NCBI GenBank assembly: GCA_963813785.1
Contig: CAWFAJ010000002.1
Span: 137,815-201,814, forward strand
Direction of reading: 5' to 3'
Origin: an uncultured delta proteobacterium
GTDB taxonomy: Bacteria; Desulfobacterota; Binatia; Binatales; Binataceae
DNA: 64,000 bases
Part shown: positions 1 to 9,911 of the stretch, piece after piece
How positions within the stretch are numbered: the stretch's first letter is position 1
How the letters are laid out: every line of letters starts with the position of its first letter
The notes under the pieces: model-generated
The model's database searches: none
Seen by the model: only the letters and a program-made list of their open reading frames with translations
Told to the model about the DNA's origin: nothing
Translations under genes and position numbers: made by a program

Positions 1-93
1 ACCTTCATGCTTTGCAACGCACTGATCGGACTGGTGTTCCTGCCGCGCGCCAGCCGCGAACTGACCGCGCTCCGCGCCGAGCCCGCCGGCACT

Positions 94-468
94 TCAGCAA
101 CCGCGTGAGACCTTCTTCGCGGAATATGAAGGACCAGTGCCGAGGCGTCCCAGAATCTCACCAGCCGCTCTCGCGCTCTTCCAACAATGCCTGCAAGACG
201 CCCGCACCTCCGGGGATTTCGATGGGCTTATGAGTCTTGAGCCACGCGCCAAATCGCCGGTGCCGCGCCTGATCGCTCCCTTGCGTTCGAGTCGCGCGAG
301 GCGTTCCTCGTCGCGGTCCTTTTTGCTCCGGGTCTTGCTCCGCGTGAGAGGAACAATCTCGGCGATTGGCGTGTCGCGGTCGTATACAAGCACGGAACCG
401 CCCGCGCGGACGTGTTCGAGATAGCGCGAAAGACCGTTGCGTAGTTCCGCGATTTTGGCCTTTTTCAT
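94..468 (-). CDS. Putative type II antitoxin, Phd/YefM-like (N-terminus MKKAKIAELRNGLSRYLEHVRAGGSVLVYDRDTPIAEIVPL). ORF is longer than a typical antitoxin. The toxin partner is presumably beyond the window start.
   Basis: N-terminal motif resembles Phd/YefM-family antitoxins. ORF track entry 94..468. Position at the window edge prevents seeing the partner gene. Confidence 0.4.
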   Translation of the reverse strand: MKKAKIAELRNGLSRYLEHVRAGGSVLVYDRDTPIAEIVPLTRSKTRSKKDRDEERLARLERKGAIRRGTGDLARGSRLISPSKSPEVRASCRHCWKSARAAGEILGRLGTGPSYSAKKVSRGC

Positions 469-511
469 GGCATTTCAATCATAGCCAAGTTGGCGCTGTC
501 GGGCTACGGCG

Positions 512-2128
512 CTAATCCGGGTGCGGGGAGAGCCAGACGTGCTCGAAGCGCGTCGGGCGCATCGGATTGATCACGTAATCGTGCACCCACGGCTGGCGGA
601 TGATGTAAGTCACGGGGTAGTAGAGAAAGACCCACGGCGCGTCGGCGACGACGATCTTTTCGGCCTGGTCGTAAAGTGCGTAGCGCTTTTTCATGTCGGC
701 TACGGGCTCGGCTTCGCGGAGCAGTTGCTCGACCTCGGGGTTGGAATAAAAACTGTCGTTGTTGGAACCCCACTGGGCGCGCGATAGCAGCGCGCCGAGA
801 AAATTCTCGGGATCGGGAAAGTCAGCCTCCCATCCCTGCATGAACGATTGCGCCGTGCGGGGCTGGCGAATCGCTTCGAGAAACGGCCCCCACGCGACCG
901 GCTTCAGCCTGGCGCGGATACCGAGCGGCGCGAGATCCTGCTGTATCGATTGCGCGAGCATCAGCATGGTCTGGTCGGCGCGCATCCAGATTTCAAAATC
1001 GAAGCCGCGTGCGAGATGCGCTTGTTCGAGCAGCGCGCGCGCCTTCGCCGGGTCGTAGTCGTAGCCCTCGAGATCGGGGTCGTAGCCGGGCAGGTTCGGG
1101 GGCATGACGCCGCGCGCGACGACGCCGCGGCCGTTCAATATGGCGATCAGCTTGCGGCGGTCGATCGCATAACTCAGCGCGCGGCGCACGCGGACGTCGG
1201 TAAACGGCCACATCTGGCAGTTCATGCCGAGGTAGCGGGTCGTGACCGTAGTTTTCGCCAGGGTTAACTTTCGCAGCGCCGGAGTTTTCATGACGTAGGG
1301 AAACTCGGCCGGCGGAATATCGACCACCGCGTCGATTTGGCCCGCATCGAAGCGCAGCCATTGCAGCTCCTGGTTTACGCCGACCGACTCGACGATCGCG
1401 TCGAGATGCGGCAAGGGTTTGGCGAAGTAGTGGGGATTGCGCACCAGCACCAGGCGCTGCCCGCCAATCCAATCGCGCAGCATGAAGGCGCCGCTGCCGA
1501 CGACGTGGCGGGAAAAATCGTCGCCCCATTTCTCCGCGACGTCGCGCGGGATAGCCGACGCAAACGGCATCGCGAGCTTGTGCGCGAAAATCGGGTCGGG
1601 TGCGCTCAAATGGAAAACGATTGTCGAATTGTCGGGCGTTTCGATTCCGCTCACGTGCGCGCTGCGATGCGCGGCGAAATCGGCCGCGCCCGCGATACCT
1701 CGGTAGTACTCCATCCCTTTCGAGCGCGTGGCGGGATTGAGCACGCGTTCGATTCCATAGCGGAAGTCCTCGCTGGTTACGCTTCGTCCGTCGGAAAAAC
1801 GGGCGTCGGCGCGCAGATGAAACGTGAAAGTCGTCGCGTCGGGCGAGCTTTCCCAGGCGGTTGCGATATCGGGTTCGAGTTCGATATTGCCGTCGCCGTA
1901 GCGCACCAGGGTGTCGAAAATTGCCTGCTCGAAGGTCCAGGAAACGGTGTCATAGCCGGCTGCCGGGTCCAGTGTCGGAACATCGTCGGCGTCGGCAAGG
2001 CGCAGCACCATCGCGTGCGGCGGCAGGTTGAGCGGCGGTGGTCCGCCGCCGCATCCTACGGCCAGTGCGATCGCGAGCGCGCAGACCAACAGCGCGATTC
2101 GCGCCGGCTTGAGTCTTCGACGCATCAT
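512..2128 (-). CDS. ABC transporter substrate-binding protein, family 5 (peptide/nickel type), with an N-terminal signal/lipobox (MMRRRLKPARIALLVCALAIALAVGCGG).
   Basis: ORF 512..2653 trimmed to the internal ATG at 2128 (MMRRR). Has the typical SBP_bac_5 length and motifs. The start ATG overlaps the upstream permease stop (ATGA). Confidence 0.85.
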   Translation of the reverse strand: MMRRRLKPARIALLVCALAIALAVGCGGGPPPLNLPPHAMVLRLADADDVPTLDPAAGYDTVSWTFEQAIFDTLVRYGDGNIELEPDIATAWESSPDATTFTFHLRADARFSDGRSVTSEDFRYGIERVLNPATRSKGMEYYRGIAGAADFAAHRSAHVSGIETPDNSTIVFHLSAPDPIFAHKLAMPFASAIPRDVAEKWGDDFSRHVVGSGAFMLRDWIGGQRLVLVRNPHYFAKPLPHLDAIVESVGVNQELQWLRFDAGQIDAVVDIPPAEFPYVMKTPALRKLTLAKTTVTTRYLGMNCQMWPFTDVRVRRALSYAIDRRKLIAILNGRGVVARGVMPPNLPGYDPDLEGYDYDPAKARALLEQAHLARGFDFEIWMRADQTMLMLAQSIQQDLAPLGIRARLKPVAWGPFLEAIRQPRTAQSFMQGWEADFPDPENFLGALLSRAQWGSNNDSFYSNPEVEQLLREAEPVADMKKRYALYDQAEKIVVADAPWVFLYYPVTYIIRQPWVHDYVINPMRPTRFEHVWLSPHPD

Positions 2129-2937
2129 TGCGAGCGCCTGCGCAAAAATCCGTAGCCGAGCAAATTGAAGCTGAGCACCGCGTAAAAGATCGCCAGACCG
2201 GGAAAGGTCGCCAGCCACGGCGCGGTGCGGAAGTAAATCGTCGCCTCTTCGATCATTCGGCCCCAACTCGGCGTTGGCGGCGGCACGCCCAGCCCGAGAA
2301 AGCTGAGCGCCGCGTCGAGCAGCAGGGTGTCGGAGGTTCTCAGCGCCGCCATCACGACGATTATCGGCAGGACGTTGGGAAGGATATGGAGCGCGATCAA
2401 TCGGCGTGACGGCGCGCCCAGAGCCGCGGCGCCGACCACGAAATCGCGCCGGGACATCGCCAGCGTTTCCGCCCGCACCACGCGCGCGATCGATGTCCAT
2501 GAAACGAGCCCGATGACGATGAAGATCGTGCGCAAACTCGGCCCCAGCACCGCAACCAGCGCCATCGCGAGCAGCAGCGGCGGCAAGGACAGCATCAGGT
2601 CGGTGAAGCGCATCAGAATAAAATCGACTGCGCCACCGAAGAATCCCGAGCACAGGCCGATCGCGATGCCGATGGTCATCGTGACCGCCATCGCGGCGAC
2701 GCCGACGGTGAGCGAGATGCGGGCGCCGAAGATGATACGCGAGAGCACGTCGCGGCCGAGTTCGTCGGTGCCCATCGGGAATGCGAGCGAGGGCGCGCCG
2801 GGATCGCCGAAGGTCGGCGCGACGACGATCGTCGGATCGTGCGGCGCGAGCAACGGCGCAAAGATCGCGACGATCACCAGCACGGTGACCATCGCAGCGC
2901 CAACGGTTTCGAGCGTGACGAGGCGGCGGATATTCAT
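2125..2937 (-). CDS. ABC transporter permease (DppC/OppC-like).
   Basis: ORF 2125..3276 trimmed to MNIRRL at 2937. Multi-TM BPD_transp_1-like sequence. ATGA overlaps with both neighbours. Confidence 0.85.
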   Translation of the reverse strand: MNIRRLVTLETVGAAMVTVLVIVAIFAPLLAPHDPTIVVAPTFGDPGAPSLAFPMGTDELGRDVLSRIIFGARISLTVGVAAMAVTMTIGIAIGLCSGFFGGAVDFILMRFTDLMLSLPPLLLAMALVAVLGPSLRTIFIVIGLVSWTSIARVVRAETLAMSRRDFVVGAAALGAPSRRLIALHILPNVLPIIVVMAALRTSDTLLLDAALSFLGLGVPPPTPSWGRMIEEATIYFRTAPWLATFPGLAIFYAVLSFNLLGYGFLRRRSQ

Positions 2938-3863
2938 CCGCTCTCCGCCAGCCGAATGCGCGGATCGAGCCACGCGTAAAGCAGGTCCACCAGCAGATTG
3001 ACGACGACGATCAGGAACGCGGAGAAGAGCACCGTGCCCATGATCACCGGGATGTCGAGATTGAAGATCGCCTCGGCCGCCAGCCGCCCTATCCCCGGCC
3101 AGTTGAAGACCGTCTCGGTCAAAACGACGCCCGAAAGCAACCCCGCCAGATCGAGCCCGGCCAGCGTGACGAGCGGCAGCAGCGCGTTTGCCATCGCGTG
3201 CTTGAGCATCACGCGGACGCGCGAGAGACCCTTGCCGCGCGCGGTGCGCACGTAATCCTGATCGAACGCATCGCACAGGCTGGTGTGAAGAACGCGCGAA
3301 TAGTAGCCGGCCGAGCCAAGCGCGAGCGTCAGAGTCGGCAGGATCAGGCTGGTGGCGCCGCTGTAGCCGCCAAGCGGAAATGAGCGAATGGTGGCGGCCA
3401 CCGCGATCAGCAGCATCGTGCCCAGCCAGAACACCGGGATCGACACCAGCGCCAGCGATATGACCAGCAGGATGTTGTCGGCCGCGCGCCCGCGGTACGC
3501 GGCAGCCAGCGCGCCCATCGCAATTCCAAGCATCAACGACAACGCCATTGCGGCGCCCGCCAGCACGGCGGTTGCGGGAAAGCGATCGACTATCAGCCGC
3601 GTCACGCTCTCGCGCCGGATATACGAACGGCCGAGATCGCCGTGAATCGCGCGATCGAAGTAGCGCGCGTACTGGACGTAGAGCGGCTGGTCGAGACCCA
3701 TCTCGATCCGGATCGAGGCAAGAGTTTGCGGATCGGCCTTCGCCCCGGCCATCGCGACCGCGGGGTCGGCGGGAACGACGAACGCGATCGCGAACGTGAT
3801 GACCGACGTTCCGACCAGGACCGCCGCGCCAAATACGATTCGCCGTACGAGGTAAGCGAGCAT
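2934..3863 (-). CDS. ABC transporter permease (DppB/OppB-like).
   Basis: 309-aa multi-TM protein MLAYLVRRIVFGAAVLV... with the typical OppB N-terminus. Translationally coupled to the downstream permease. Confidence 0.85.
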   Translation of the reverse strand: MLAYLVRRIVFGAAVLVGTSVITFAIAFVVPADPAVAMAGAKADPQTLASIRIEMGLDQPLYVQYARYFDRAIHGDLGRSYIRRESVTRLIVDRFPATAVLAGAAMALSLMLGIAMGALAAAYRGRAADNILLVISLALVSIPVFWLGTMLLIAVAATIRSFPLGGYSGATSLILPTLTLALGSAGYYSRVLHTSLCDAFDQDYVRTARGKGLSRVRVMLKHAMANALLPLVTLAGLDLAGLLSGVVLTETVFNWPGIGRLAAEAIFNLDIPVIMGTVLFSAFLIVVVNLLVDLLYAWLDPRIRLAESG

Positions 3864-3866
3864 CGC

Positions 3867-4145
3867 TCAGCCCGCAACGATTCCGCGTGCGGCAAGCTCG
3901 CGGCGGAGTTGGAGCACGGCGCGCTCGCGATGGCGTTTTGCACGGGCGCTGTCCTCGACGGAATCGAGTGCGGCGCGCGCCTCAGGCGCAAGCGTCGCGA
4001 TCGCCGCCGACATCGCGGCGAATAGCTGCTCGTCGTCCGAGCCGCGCGACGGGTCTGATTTGAGCGCGTGATAGTGCGCCAGAAATGCGGTCACCGATGA
4101 GTACGCAGGAATTTTCACGCGAACAAGGTTAGCCTGCGGTCGCAC
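3867..4145 (-). CDS. Small hypothetical protein (92 aa), tightly packed between the VIT gene and the permease.
   Basis: ORF in operon context only. It overlaps the VIT stop by 17 bp. No recognisable family. Confidence 0.35.
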   Translation of the reverse strand: MRPQANLVRVKIPAYSSVTAFLAHYHALKSDPSRGSDDEQLFAAMSAAIATLAPEARAALDSVEDSARAKRHRERAVLQLRRELAARGIVAG

Positions 4146-4854
4146 CGAGTGGCGAGATCGCGAGTCCGATCAGATAGCCGGCGGCCGCCGCGCTCATCGC
4201 GATCGCAAGAAAGCGCATGCCCGACCGCCAGCGATCGTCGCGATGCGCGAGCCATCCCTCGAAGTATCCAACCCCGAACAAGGTGAGCGCGGTGGCAACC
4301 AGCGCGCTGCCAAGGTCGTAGCGAGGACCTGGAATCAGCATGTACGGCAGCAACGGCACCACCGCGCCGGCCAGGAATGCGATTCCCATCACGATTCCAT
4401 CCAACGCCGGCCTGCCGAACGCCGCGCCGCTGAGCCCGAACATCTTTGCCTCGGCGGTCGACGCGAGCGCCTTGGGAGAGCTGCTGAGCAGCCGGACGAT
4501 GCGATAGCCGGCCTCGCGAGTGAGGCCTTCCTTGCACAGCTCGTCGAGCAATCCTTCCTGGACGGTGTACGGCTGGGCGGCCGCTTCGACGCGCACGACC
4601 TCGAGCTCGGCGCGCATCACCTCGGTTTCCGCGCGCGTTCCCAGGTAGGCTCCTGCACCCATCGAGAGTGCGCCGGCGGCCGTGGAAGCCAGCGCGGCGA
4701 GCACGACCTGCGAATGCTGTGAGACGGCGCCGCTGAGCCCGCACAGCACGCCGGCGGTCGTCAGCACGCCGTCCTGCACGCCGAACACAATTTCGCGGAC
4801 GCTCGAGAGCCGCTCGAAGAGCCGCCTTTTTCCCGCGGGATCGACCGAAGTCAA
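4129..4854 (-). CDS. VIT1/CCC1-family Fe/Mn transporter.
   Basis: 241 aa with the VIT-family N-terminal cytosolic region (EIVFGVQDGVLTTAGV) and C-terminal TM helices. Confidence 0.8.
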   Translation of the reverse strand: MTSVDPAGKRRLFERLSSVREIVFGVQDGVLTTAGVLCGLSGAVSQHSQVVLAALASTAAGALSMGAGAYLGTRAETEVMRAELEVVRVEAAAQPYTVQEGLLDELCKEGLTREAGYRIVRLLSSSPKALASTAEAKMFGLSGAAFGRPALDGIVMGIAFLAGAVVPLLPYMLIPGPRYDLGSALVATALTLFGVGYFEGWLAHRDDRWRSGMRFLAIAMSAAAAGYLIGLAISPLGATAG

Positions 4855-4861
4855 GCTCGTC

Positions 4862-5389
4862 CTAGAACTCGCGGCCGGCCGGACCGAACTCGACGCCCGG
4901 CTTCCAGTCGGCGGGGCAGAGTTGGCCGGTTCGGAGCGCGCGCACGATTCGAAGCGTCTCGGTCACGCTGCGTCCAACGTTCAGCGGGCATGATGCGGCG
5001 AACACAATCTTGCGTTTCCGATCGAGGATGAACGTCGCACGCAACGCGACTTTTTGCTGGTCGTCGAAAACGCCGTAGGCGCGCGCCAGATTGCCGTCCG
5101 GGTCGGCGAGCAGCGGGTAGCCGATTCCGCCGAGTTCGCGGGCCCATCGCAGATGGCTGTCCACGTCGTCGATACTGACGCCCACGATCGCCGTCTGCTC
5201 GGCGGTAAACTCCTTCAGCGCCTTGTTGAAGCCCGTGACTTCGGTGGGACAGATGAAAGAAAAGTCGCGCGGATAGAAAAAGAGCAGAACCAAATCGGAA
5301 GAAATTTTCGCGAGACTTGTGCGTGCGATACGCCCATCAAGGGCGCAGTCAAGATCGAACGACGGTGCGGGATCACCAGGCTTCAGCAT
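4862..5389 (-). CDS. 2-Cys peroxiredoxin (AhpC/TSA family).
   Basis: Peroxidatic Cys motif FFYPRDFSFICPTE and resolving Cys motif LCPADWKPG. Start chosen at MLKPGDPAPSF with a GAGG RBS; the ORF extends to 5431. Confidence 0.85.
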   Translation of the reverse strand: MLKPGDPAPSFDLDCALDGRIARTSLAKISSDLVLLFFYPRDFSFICPTEVTGFNKALKEFTAEQTAIVGVSIDDVDSHLRWARELGGIGYPLLADPDGNLARAYGVFDDQQKVALRATFILDRKRKIVFAASCPLNVGRSVTETLRIVRALRTGQLCPADWKPGVEFGPAGREF

Positions 5390-5433
5390 CGCGGCCTCAA
5401 GTGCACGCTTGGTCGATAGCGCAAAAGCCAAAC

Positions 5434-6168
5434 CTACTCAATCTCGAAGGTGAGAGAAACCGTCGCCGACACGGTGACCTCGCCGGGTTCGACCGGTGTG
5501 GACACGCTGGCCGACATCGCCATTGCCCTCCCCATCAGTACCGGAATCGGCCGCGCTTGCGATACTGTCGTCGCCTTGAGGACCTTGCCGAGCTTCACCC
5601 CCAGCGCAGAGGCGAGCGCTTCGGCTTGTGCGCGGGCGTCGCGAGTTGCGATCGCGATCGCTTCGGTACGCGCCTTGGTGTCGTCCTTGACGCTGAAGTT
5701 AAGCGAGTTGACGCGATTTGCGCCGGCCGCAATCGCGGAATCGATGAGTGGGCCAACGAGGTCGAGCGCGCCGGTATTTACGGTAACGGTATTTTGAGCG
5801 TTGTAGCCGATAATCCTGGGCTTCTCGCTCGCACGCTGGTCGTACTCGGGATTGAGCGAATAGCCGCCGGTTGTAATCTTGCCCTTGCCGCCGAGCTTCG
5901 ACTTGAGCGCGTCGATCACCTTCGCGGCCAGCGCGGCGTTGCGGTTCGCCGCTTCCTCGGCCGTCTTCGCTTCAGTCTCGATTGCGATATCCAAATCCGC
6001 GGTGTCGGGAGATGTGCGCGTCTGGCCGCTGCCGTCAACTTCAATGGTCCGCGCGGCGGGAGTATTCGCACCGCTGTCCGCCCACGCCGCGGGAGCGAAC
6101 ACCGTGGTTACGATCGCAAGTGCAAGGCCGACGGCGATTGCTCGGGGTCTCAGCTTCATGGCTTTCAT
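5434..6168 (-). CDS. SIMPL-domain (DUF541) periplasmic protein with a signal peptide.
   Basis: MKAMKLRPRAIAVGLALAIVTTVFAPAAWA signal, then SIMPL-like repeats. Start ATG at 6168 from codon walking. Confidence 0.75.
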   Translation of the reverse strand: MKAMKLRPRAIAVGLALAIVTTVFAPAAWADSGANTPAARTIEVDGSGQTRTSPDTADLDIAIETEAKTAEEAANRNAALAAKVIDALKSKLGGKGKITTGGYSLNPEYDQRASEKPRIIGYNAQNTVTVNTGALDLVGPLIDSAIAAGANRVNSLNFSVKDDTKARTEAIAIATRDARAQAEALASALGVKLGKVLKATTVSQARPIPVLMGRAMAMSASVSTPVEPGEVTVSATVSLTFEIE

Positions 6169-6258
6169 CTCGGGCGCGCTCCGGAATAAGTTGATTCGCG
6201 CTGATTTTATCCGGAGACTGTACCAGTTGACGATAATCACAATCGTCACGCAAGACGA

Positions 6259-7732
6259 ATGGCGGAAAAACAAGCAAAACAAAATGACAAGAAGGTAACC
6301 CCTCGCACCGAGGACTTTGCCGCGTGGTACAACGACATCTGCATCCGCGCGGAGCTGGCGGACTACTCGCCGGTGCGCGGATGCATCGTGTTTCGTCCCG
6401 ACGGCTTTGCCATTTGGGAGGTGCTGCGCGACGAGCTCGACAAGCGCATCAAGAAGACCGGCGCTCGCAACGCGTACTTTCCGCTGTTCATCCCGCAGAG
6501 CTTTCTGCAGAAAGAGGCGCAACACGTCGAGGGATTCGCGCCCGAGCTTGCGGTCGTTACCCACGGCGGGGGCAAGGAGCTCGAAGAGCCGCTAATCGTG
6601 CGTCCCACCTCCGAGACGATCATCAACCATATGTTCGCGCAGTGGATCAGGTCGCATCGCGATTTGCCGATGATGCTCAATCAATGGTGCAACGTTGTGC
6701 GCTGGGAGATGCGCACGCGTTTGTTCCTGCGCACCACCGAGTTCCTCTGGCAGGAGGGGCATACGGCGCACGCCACGCGCGAAGAAGCCGAACGCGAAAC
6801 GCTCACGATGCTCGAAGTGTATCGGCAGTTCGTCGAGGAATTCCTGGCGATTCCGCTGATAGTAGGACGCAAGAGCGCGGCCGAGCGATTCCCGGGCGCC
6901 GTCGAGACCTATTCGATCGAAGGCATGATGGGCGACGGGCGCGCGCTGCAATGCGGCACGTCGCATTTTCTCGGCCAGAACTTCGCGAAGCCGTTCGAGA
7001 TCCGCTTCCTCGACGATCAAAATCAGATGCAGTTCGTGTGGCAGACGAGCTGGGGTGTATCGACGCGGCTGCTCGGCGCGATCGTGATGGCGCACGGCGA
7101 CGACCAGGGACTGCGGCTGCCGCCAACGGTCGCATCGACGCAAGCAGTCGTCGTGCCCATATTTCGCAAACCCGAGGAGGGCGAAAAAGTGCTCGCCGCA
7201 GCCCGCGGCGCGCTGGAATCGCTGACGCAGGCGGGAATCCGCGCGCGCATCGACGATCGCGAAGGACTGACGCCGGGTTTCAAGTTCAACGACTGGGAGA
7301 TGCGCGGTGTGCCGGTGAGAATCGAAATCGGACCGCGCGACGTTGCCTCGGGCGAAGCAGTACTCGCGCGGCGCGACAAGTCGGGGCAGGAGTCGAAGAG
7401 CAAGGCATCGCTCGCGACGATCGGCGATGCGGTCGGCGCGCTGCTGGGCGAGATTCAGAAAAATCTTTACGCGCAGGCAAAGGCCGCGATGATCGCGAAT
7501 ACGCGAAAGTTCGACGACTACGCCGAGTTTCGCAAGCACATGGAGGGCGAAGGCGGCGGTGGATTCGCCGACGTCTATTGGTGCGGGAATCCAGTGTGCG
7601 AGACGCGGATTCGCGAGGAGACCAAGGCGACTTGCCGCGCAATTCCACTCACGCAATGACGGCGTCGCGGGCAAGTGCATCGTATGCGGCGAGTCGGCGG
7701 CCGAGCGCGCATATTTCGCCAAGGCGTACTGA
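6259..7732 (+). CDS. proS: Prolyl-tRNA synthetase, archaeal/eukaryotic type. It carries an apparent +1 frameshift near 7657. The frame as given stops at TGA 7657-7659. Removing one base restores the conserved Zn-ribbon tail DGVAGKCIVCGESAAERAYFAKAY, ending at TGA 7730-7732.
   Basis: Strong class II ProRS similarity through 7656. CGNPVC and CIVC cysteine pairs lie on opposite sides of the frameshift. The restored C-terminus ends in the conserved Tyr. Confidence 0.85.
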
Positions 7733-7782
7733 GTATCTGTCCCCTCGCCCGGCGAAGTCCCGCATCTTAATTTCTTATAATT

Positions 7783-7907
7783 GGGTGCAGGGGGTCACCC
7801 CTGGCCGTTGGCACGGCTGGCCAGTATTAAGCCGTTGGCAGGGGCCGCGCGCGACAACGGAGCGCGGCCTTAACGGTGGGTGCAGGGTCAGCCTGCTCAC
7901 CCCTGCA
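7783..7907. repeat. REP/MITE-like palindromic element, copy 1 (GGGTGCAGGGGGTCACCCCTG ... CACCCCTGCA), between the convergent proS and trpS.
   Basis: The internal segment GCCGTTGGCACGGCTGGCCAGTATTAAG matches the reverse complement of 23086-23113. Hairpin-forming ends are shared with the elements at 23.0, 33.1-33.26 and 34.02 kb. Confidence 0.6.
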
Positions 7908-8901
7908 ATTTGTAGCTGATCTTCATCGCGGTGCGCACTTCGGCCATCGTTGCCTGCGCGACGGCGCGTCCCATCCGCGTGCCTTCGACGATTATCTCGC
8001 GGACGCGGTCGGGCTTCGACGCGAAATGCGCGCGGCGTTCGCGAATCGGCTCCAGAAAAGCGTTCAGCGCCTTGAACAGTTTCTCCTTGACCTCGACGTC
8101 CCCGACCGTGCCCTTGCGGTAGCGCTCTTTCAGGTCTTCGATTTCCGCCTTATCCGGATTGAACACGTCGTGATACGTGAAAACGGGATTGCCTTCGACG
8201 TGACCGGGATCGGTTGGATGGATCCGCGTGGGATCGGTGTACATCGACATCACGCGTTTGCGCACGACCTCGGCGGGATCGCCAAGGTAGATGCAGTTGC
8301 CTAGCGACTTCGACATCTTCGCGCCGCCGTCCGTCCCCGGCAGCCGCGCCACCTTTCCGACCAGCGCCTTGGGTTCGATGAGGACTTTGTCGTACATACG
8401 ATTGAAGCGCCGCACTATTTCGCGCGCCTGCTCGATCATCGGGAGCTGGTCCTCGCCGACGGGGACGAGATGCGCCTTGAAGATCGTGATGTCGGAAGCC
8501 TGCGAAATTGGATACGTGTAAAATCCCACCGGCAGGCCTTTGGTGAAATTCCTTTGTTTGATTTCGTCCTTGAGCGTCGGATTGCGCTCGAGCGTCGCGG
8601 TGGTGACAAGGTTCATGAAGTAAATCGTCAGCTCGGTCAGCTCCGGGACCATCGATTGAACGACGATCTTCACCTTGTCCGGATCGAGGCCGACCGCCAG
8701 GTAGTCGAGCGCGACCTCGAAGATATTCGCTTCGAGCTTCTCGGGATGCTCGAAATTGTCGGTCAGCGCCTGGACGTCGGCGATTAGTAAGTAGGTATCG
8801 TATTCATCCTGCAGGCGTATGCGGTTTTGCAGCGATCCTACGTAATGGCCGAGATGCAATGGCCCGGTGGGACGGTCTCCAGTGAGTATTCGTTTAATCA
8901 T
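7897..8901 (-). CDS. trpS: Tryptophanyl-tRNA synthetase.
   Basis: 334 aa, HIGH-like motif GHYVG and KMSKS motif present. Confidence 0.9.
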   Translation of the reverse strand: MIKRILTGDRPTGPLHLGHYVGSLQNRIRLQDEYDTYLLIADVQALTDNFEHPEKLEANIFEVALDYLAVGLDPDKVKIVVQSMVPELTELTIYFMNLVTTATLERNPTLKDEIKQRNFTKGLPVGFYTYPISQASDITIFKAHLVPVGEDQLPMIEQAREIVRRFNRMYDKVLIEPKALVGKVARLPGTDGGAKMSKSLGNCIYLGDPAEVVRKRVMSMYTDPTRIHPTDPGHVEGNPVFTYHDVFNPDKAEIEDLKERYRKGTVGDVEVKEKLFKALNAFLEPIRERRAHFASKPDRVREIIVEGTRMGRAVAQATMAEVRTAMKISYKLQG

Positions 8902-8911
8902 CGGTCAATAG

Positions 8912-9787
8912 TCAGTTCCTGAAGAGACTGCGCAATGTCGCCAGGTTCTCGATATCCTCTTTCATGTCGGGACCCTTGGGCGTCTCCAGGCACATCGGCA
9001 AGCCGAAAAACCGCCGATCGTTGAGGATGCGGCGAAACGCGTCGAGGCCGATAAATCCCTTCCCGATATGCTGATGGCGATCGACGCGCGAATGGAAGTC
9101 CTTGATCGAGTCGTTGAGATGAAACGCGGCAAGTCTTTTGATTCCGATAAACTTGTCGAGTTCGCTGAACGTATTTTCATATCCTTCCGGCGTGCGCAGT
9201 TCGTAGCCGGCGGCGAACGCATGCTCGGTGTCGAAGCATAGCCGGAGGCGCTCGTTTTCAACGACGGCGTCGAAGATTTGCGCCATCTGCTGAAAAGTGT
9301 GGCCGAGCGTACTGCCCTGCCCGGCCGTGATTTCCAGCGCGATCTTCACGTTGAAGCCTTTGCATGCGGCGTGCGCCTCGTCGATCGACCTGGCAATCGT
9401 CTTGATTCCATTCTCAACCCCCGAGCCGACATGCGCGCCCGGATGCGCGACCAGCGTGAGCACGCCGAGCGTCTCGCACCGATTCAGCTCGTCGATAAAT
9501 GCCTTGACCGACTTGACGCGCAGAGCTTCATCTGGCGCGCCGAGATTCACCAGGTAGGAGTCGTGCGCGATCACAATCGCGATGCCGGTTTCGATTTGAT
9601 TGCGTTTGAAATTCTCGATTTCCTCTTTGCTGTAGGGCTTCGACGCCCACTGTCGCGACGATTTGGTAAAAATCTGAATGCATTCGCAGCCGGCCTGCTT
9701 GCCCCGGATCAGAGCCTCGCCGACTCCTCCGGCGATCGACATATGCGCCCCAAGGACTGGACGGCTGGATTTGCCGGTATTTGCCAT
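8912..9787 (-). CDS. nfo: Endonuclease IV (AP endonuclease family 2).
   Basis: MANTGKSSRPVLGAHMSIAGG... is typical Nfo. Start ATG at 9787; the ORF extends to 9949. Immediately upstream of trpS on the same strand. Confidence 0.85.
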   Translation of the reverse strand: MANTGKSSRPVLGAHMSIAGGVGEALIRGKQAGCECIQIFTKSSRQWASKPYSKEEIENFKRNQIETGIAIVIAHDSYLVNLGAPDEALRVKSVKAFIDELNRCETLGVLTLVAHPGAHVGSGVENGIKTIARSIDEAHAACKGFNVKIALEITAGQGSTLGHTFQQMAQIFDAVVENERLRLCFDTEHAFAAGYELRTPEGYENTFSELDKFIGIKRLAAFHLNDSIKDFHSRVDRHQHIGKGFIGLDAFRRILNDRRFFGLPMCLETPKGPDMKEDIENLATLRSLFRN

Positions 9788-9911
9788 CGTGACATGCCGC
9801 CTTTTGCGCGCCGGGTTGTACGGGCGCGAGCGTATCGCGATTTTATACGAATGAACGCCCAAAGCGAGCAGCAGCAATCCGCGCAACCGCTCTTGCCCGC
9901 GGCGTCCATCG

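Noticed and set aside
1337-2155. Numerous long antisense or alternative-frame ORFs inside real genes (for example 1337..2155, 6324..7919, 6592..7722, 45637..46944, 48886..50139, 57756..59378, 34529..35218)
   Set aside because: High-GC genomes yield long stop-free antisense frames. Each lies wholly inside a gene with strong family assignment on the other strand or frame, and shows Arg/Ala/Gly-rich junk composition.
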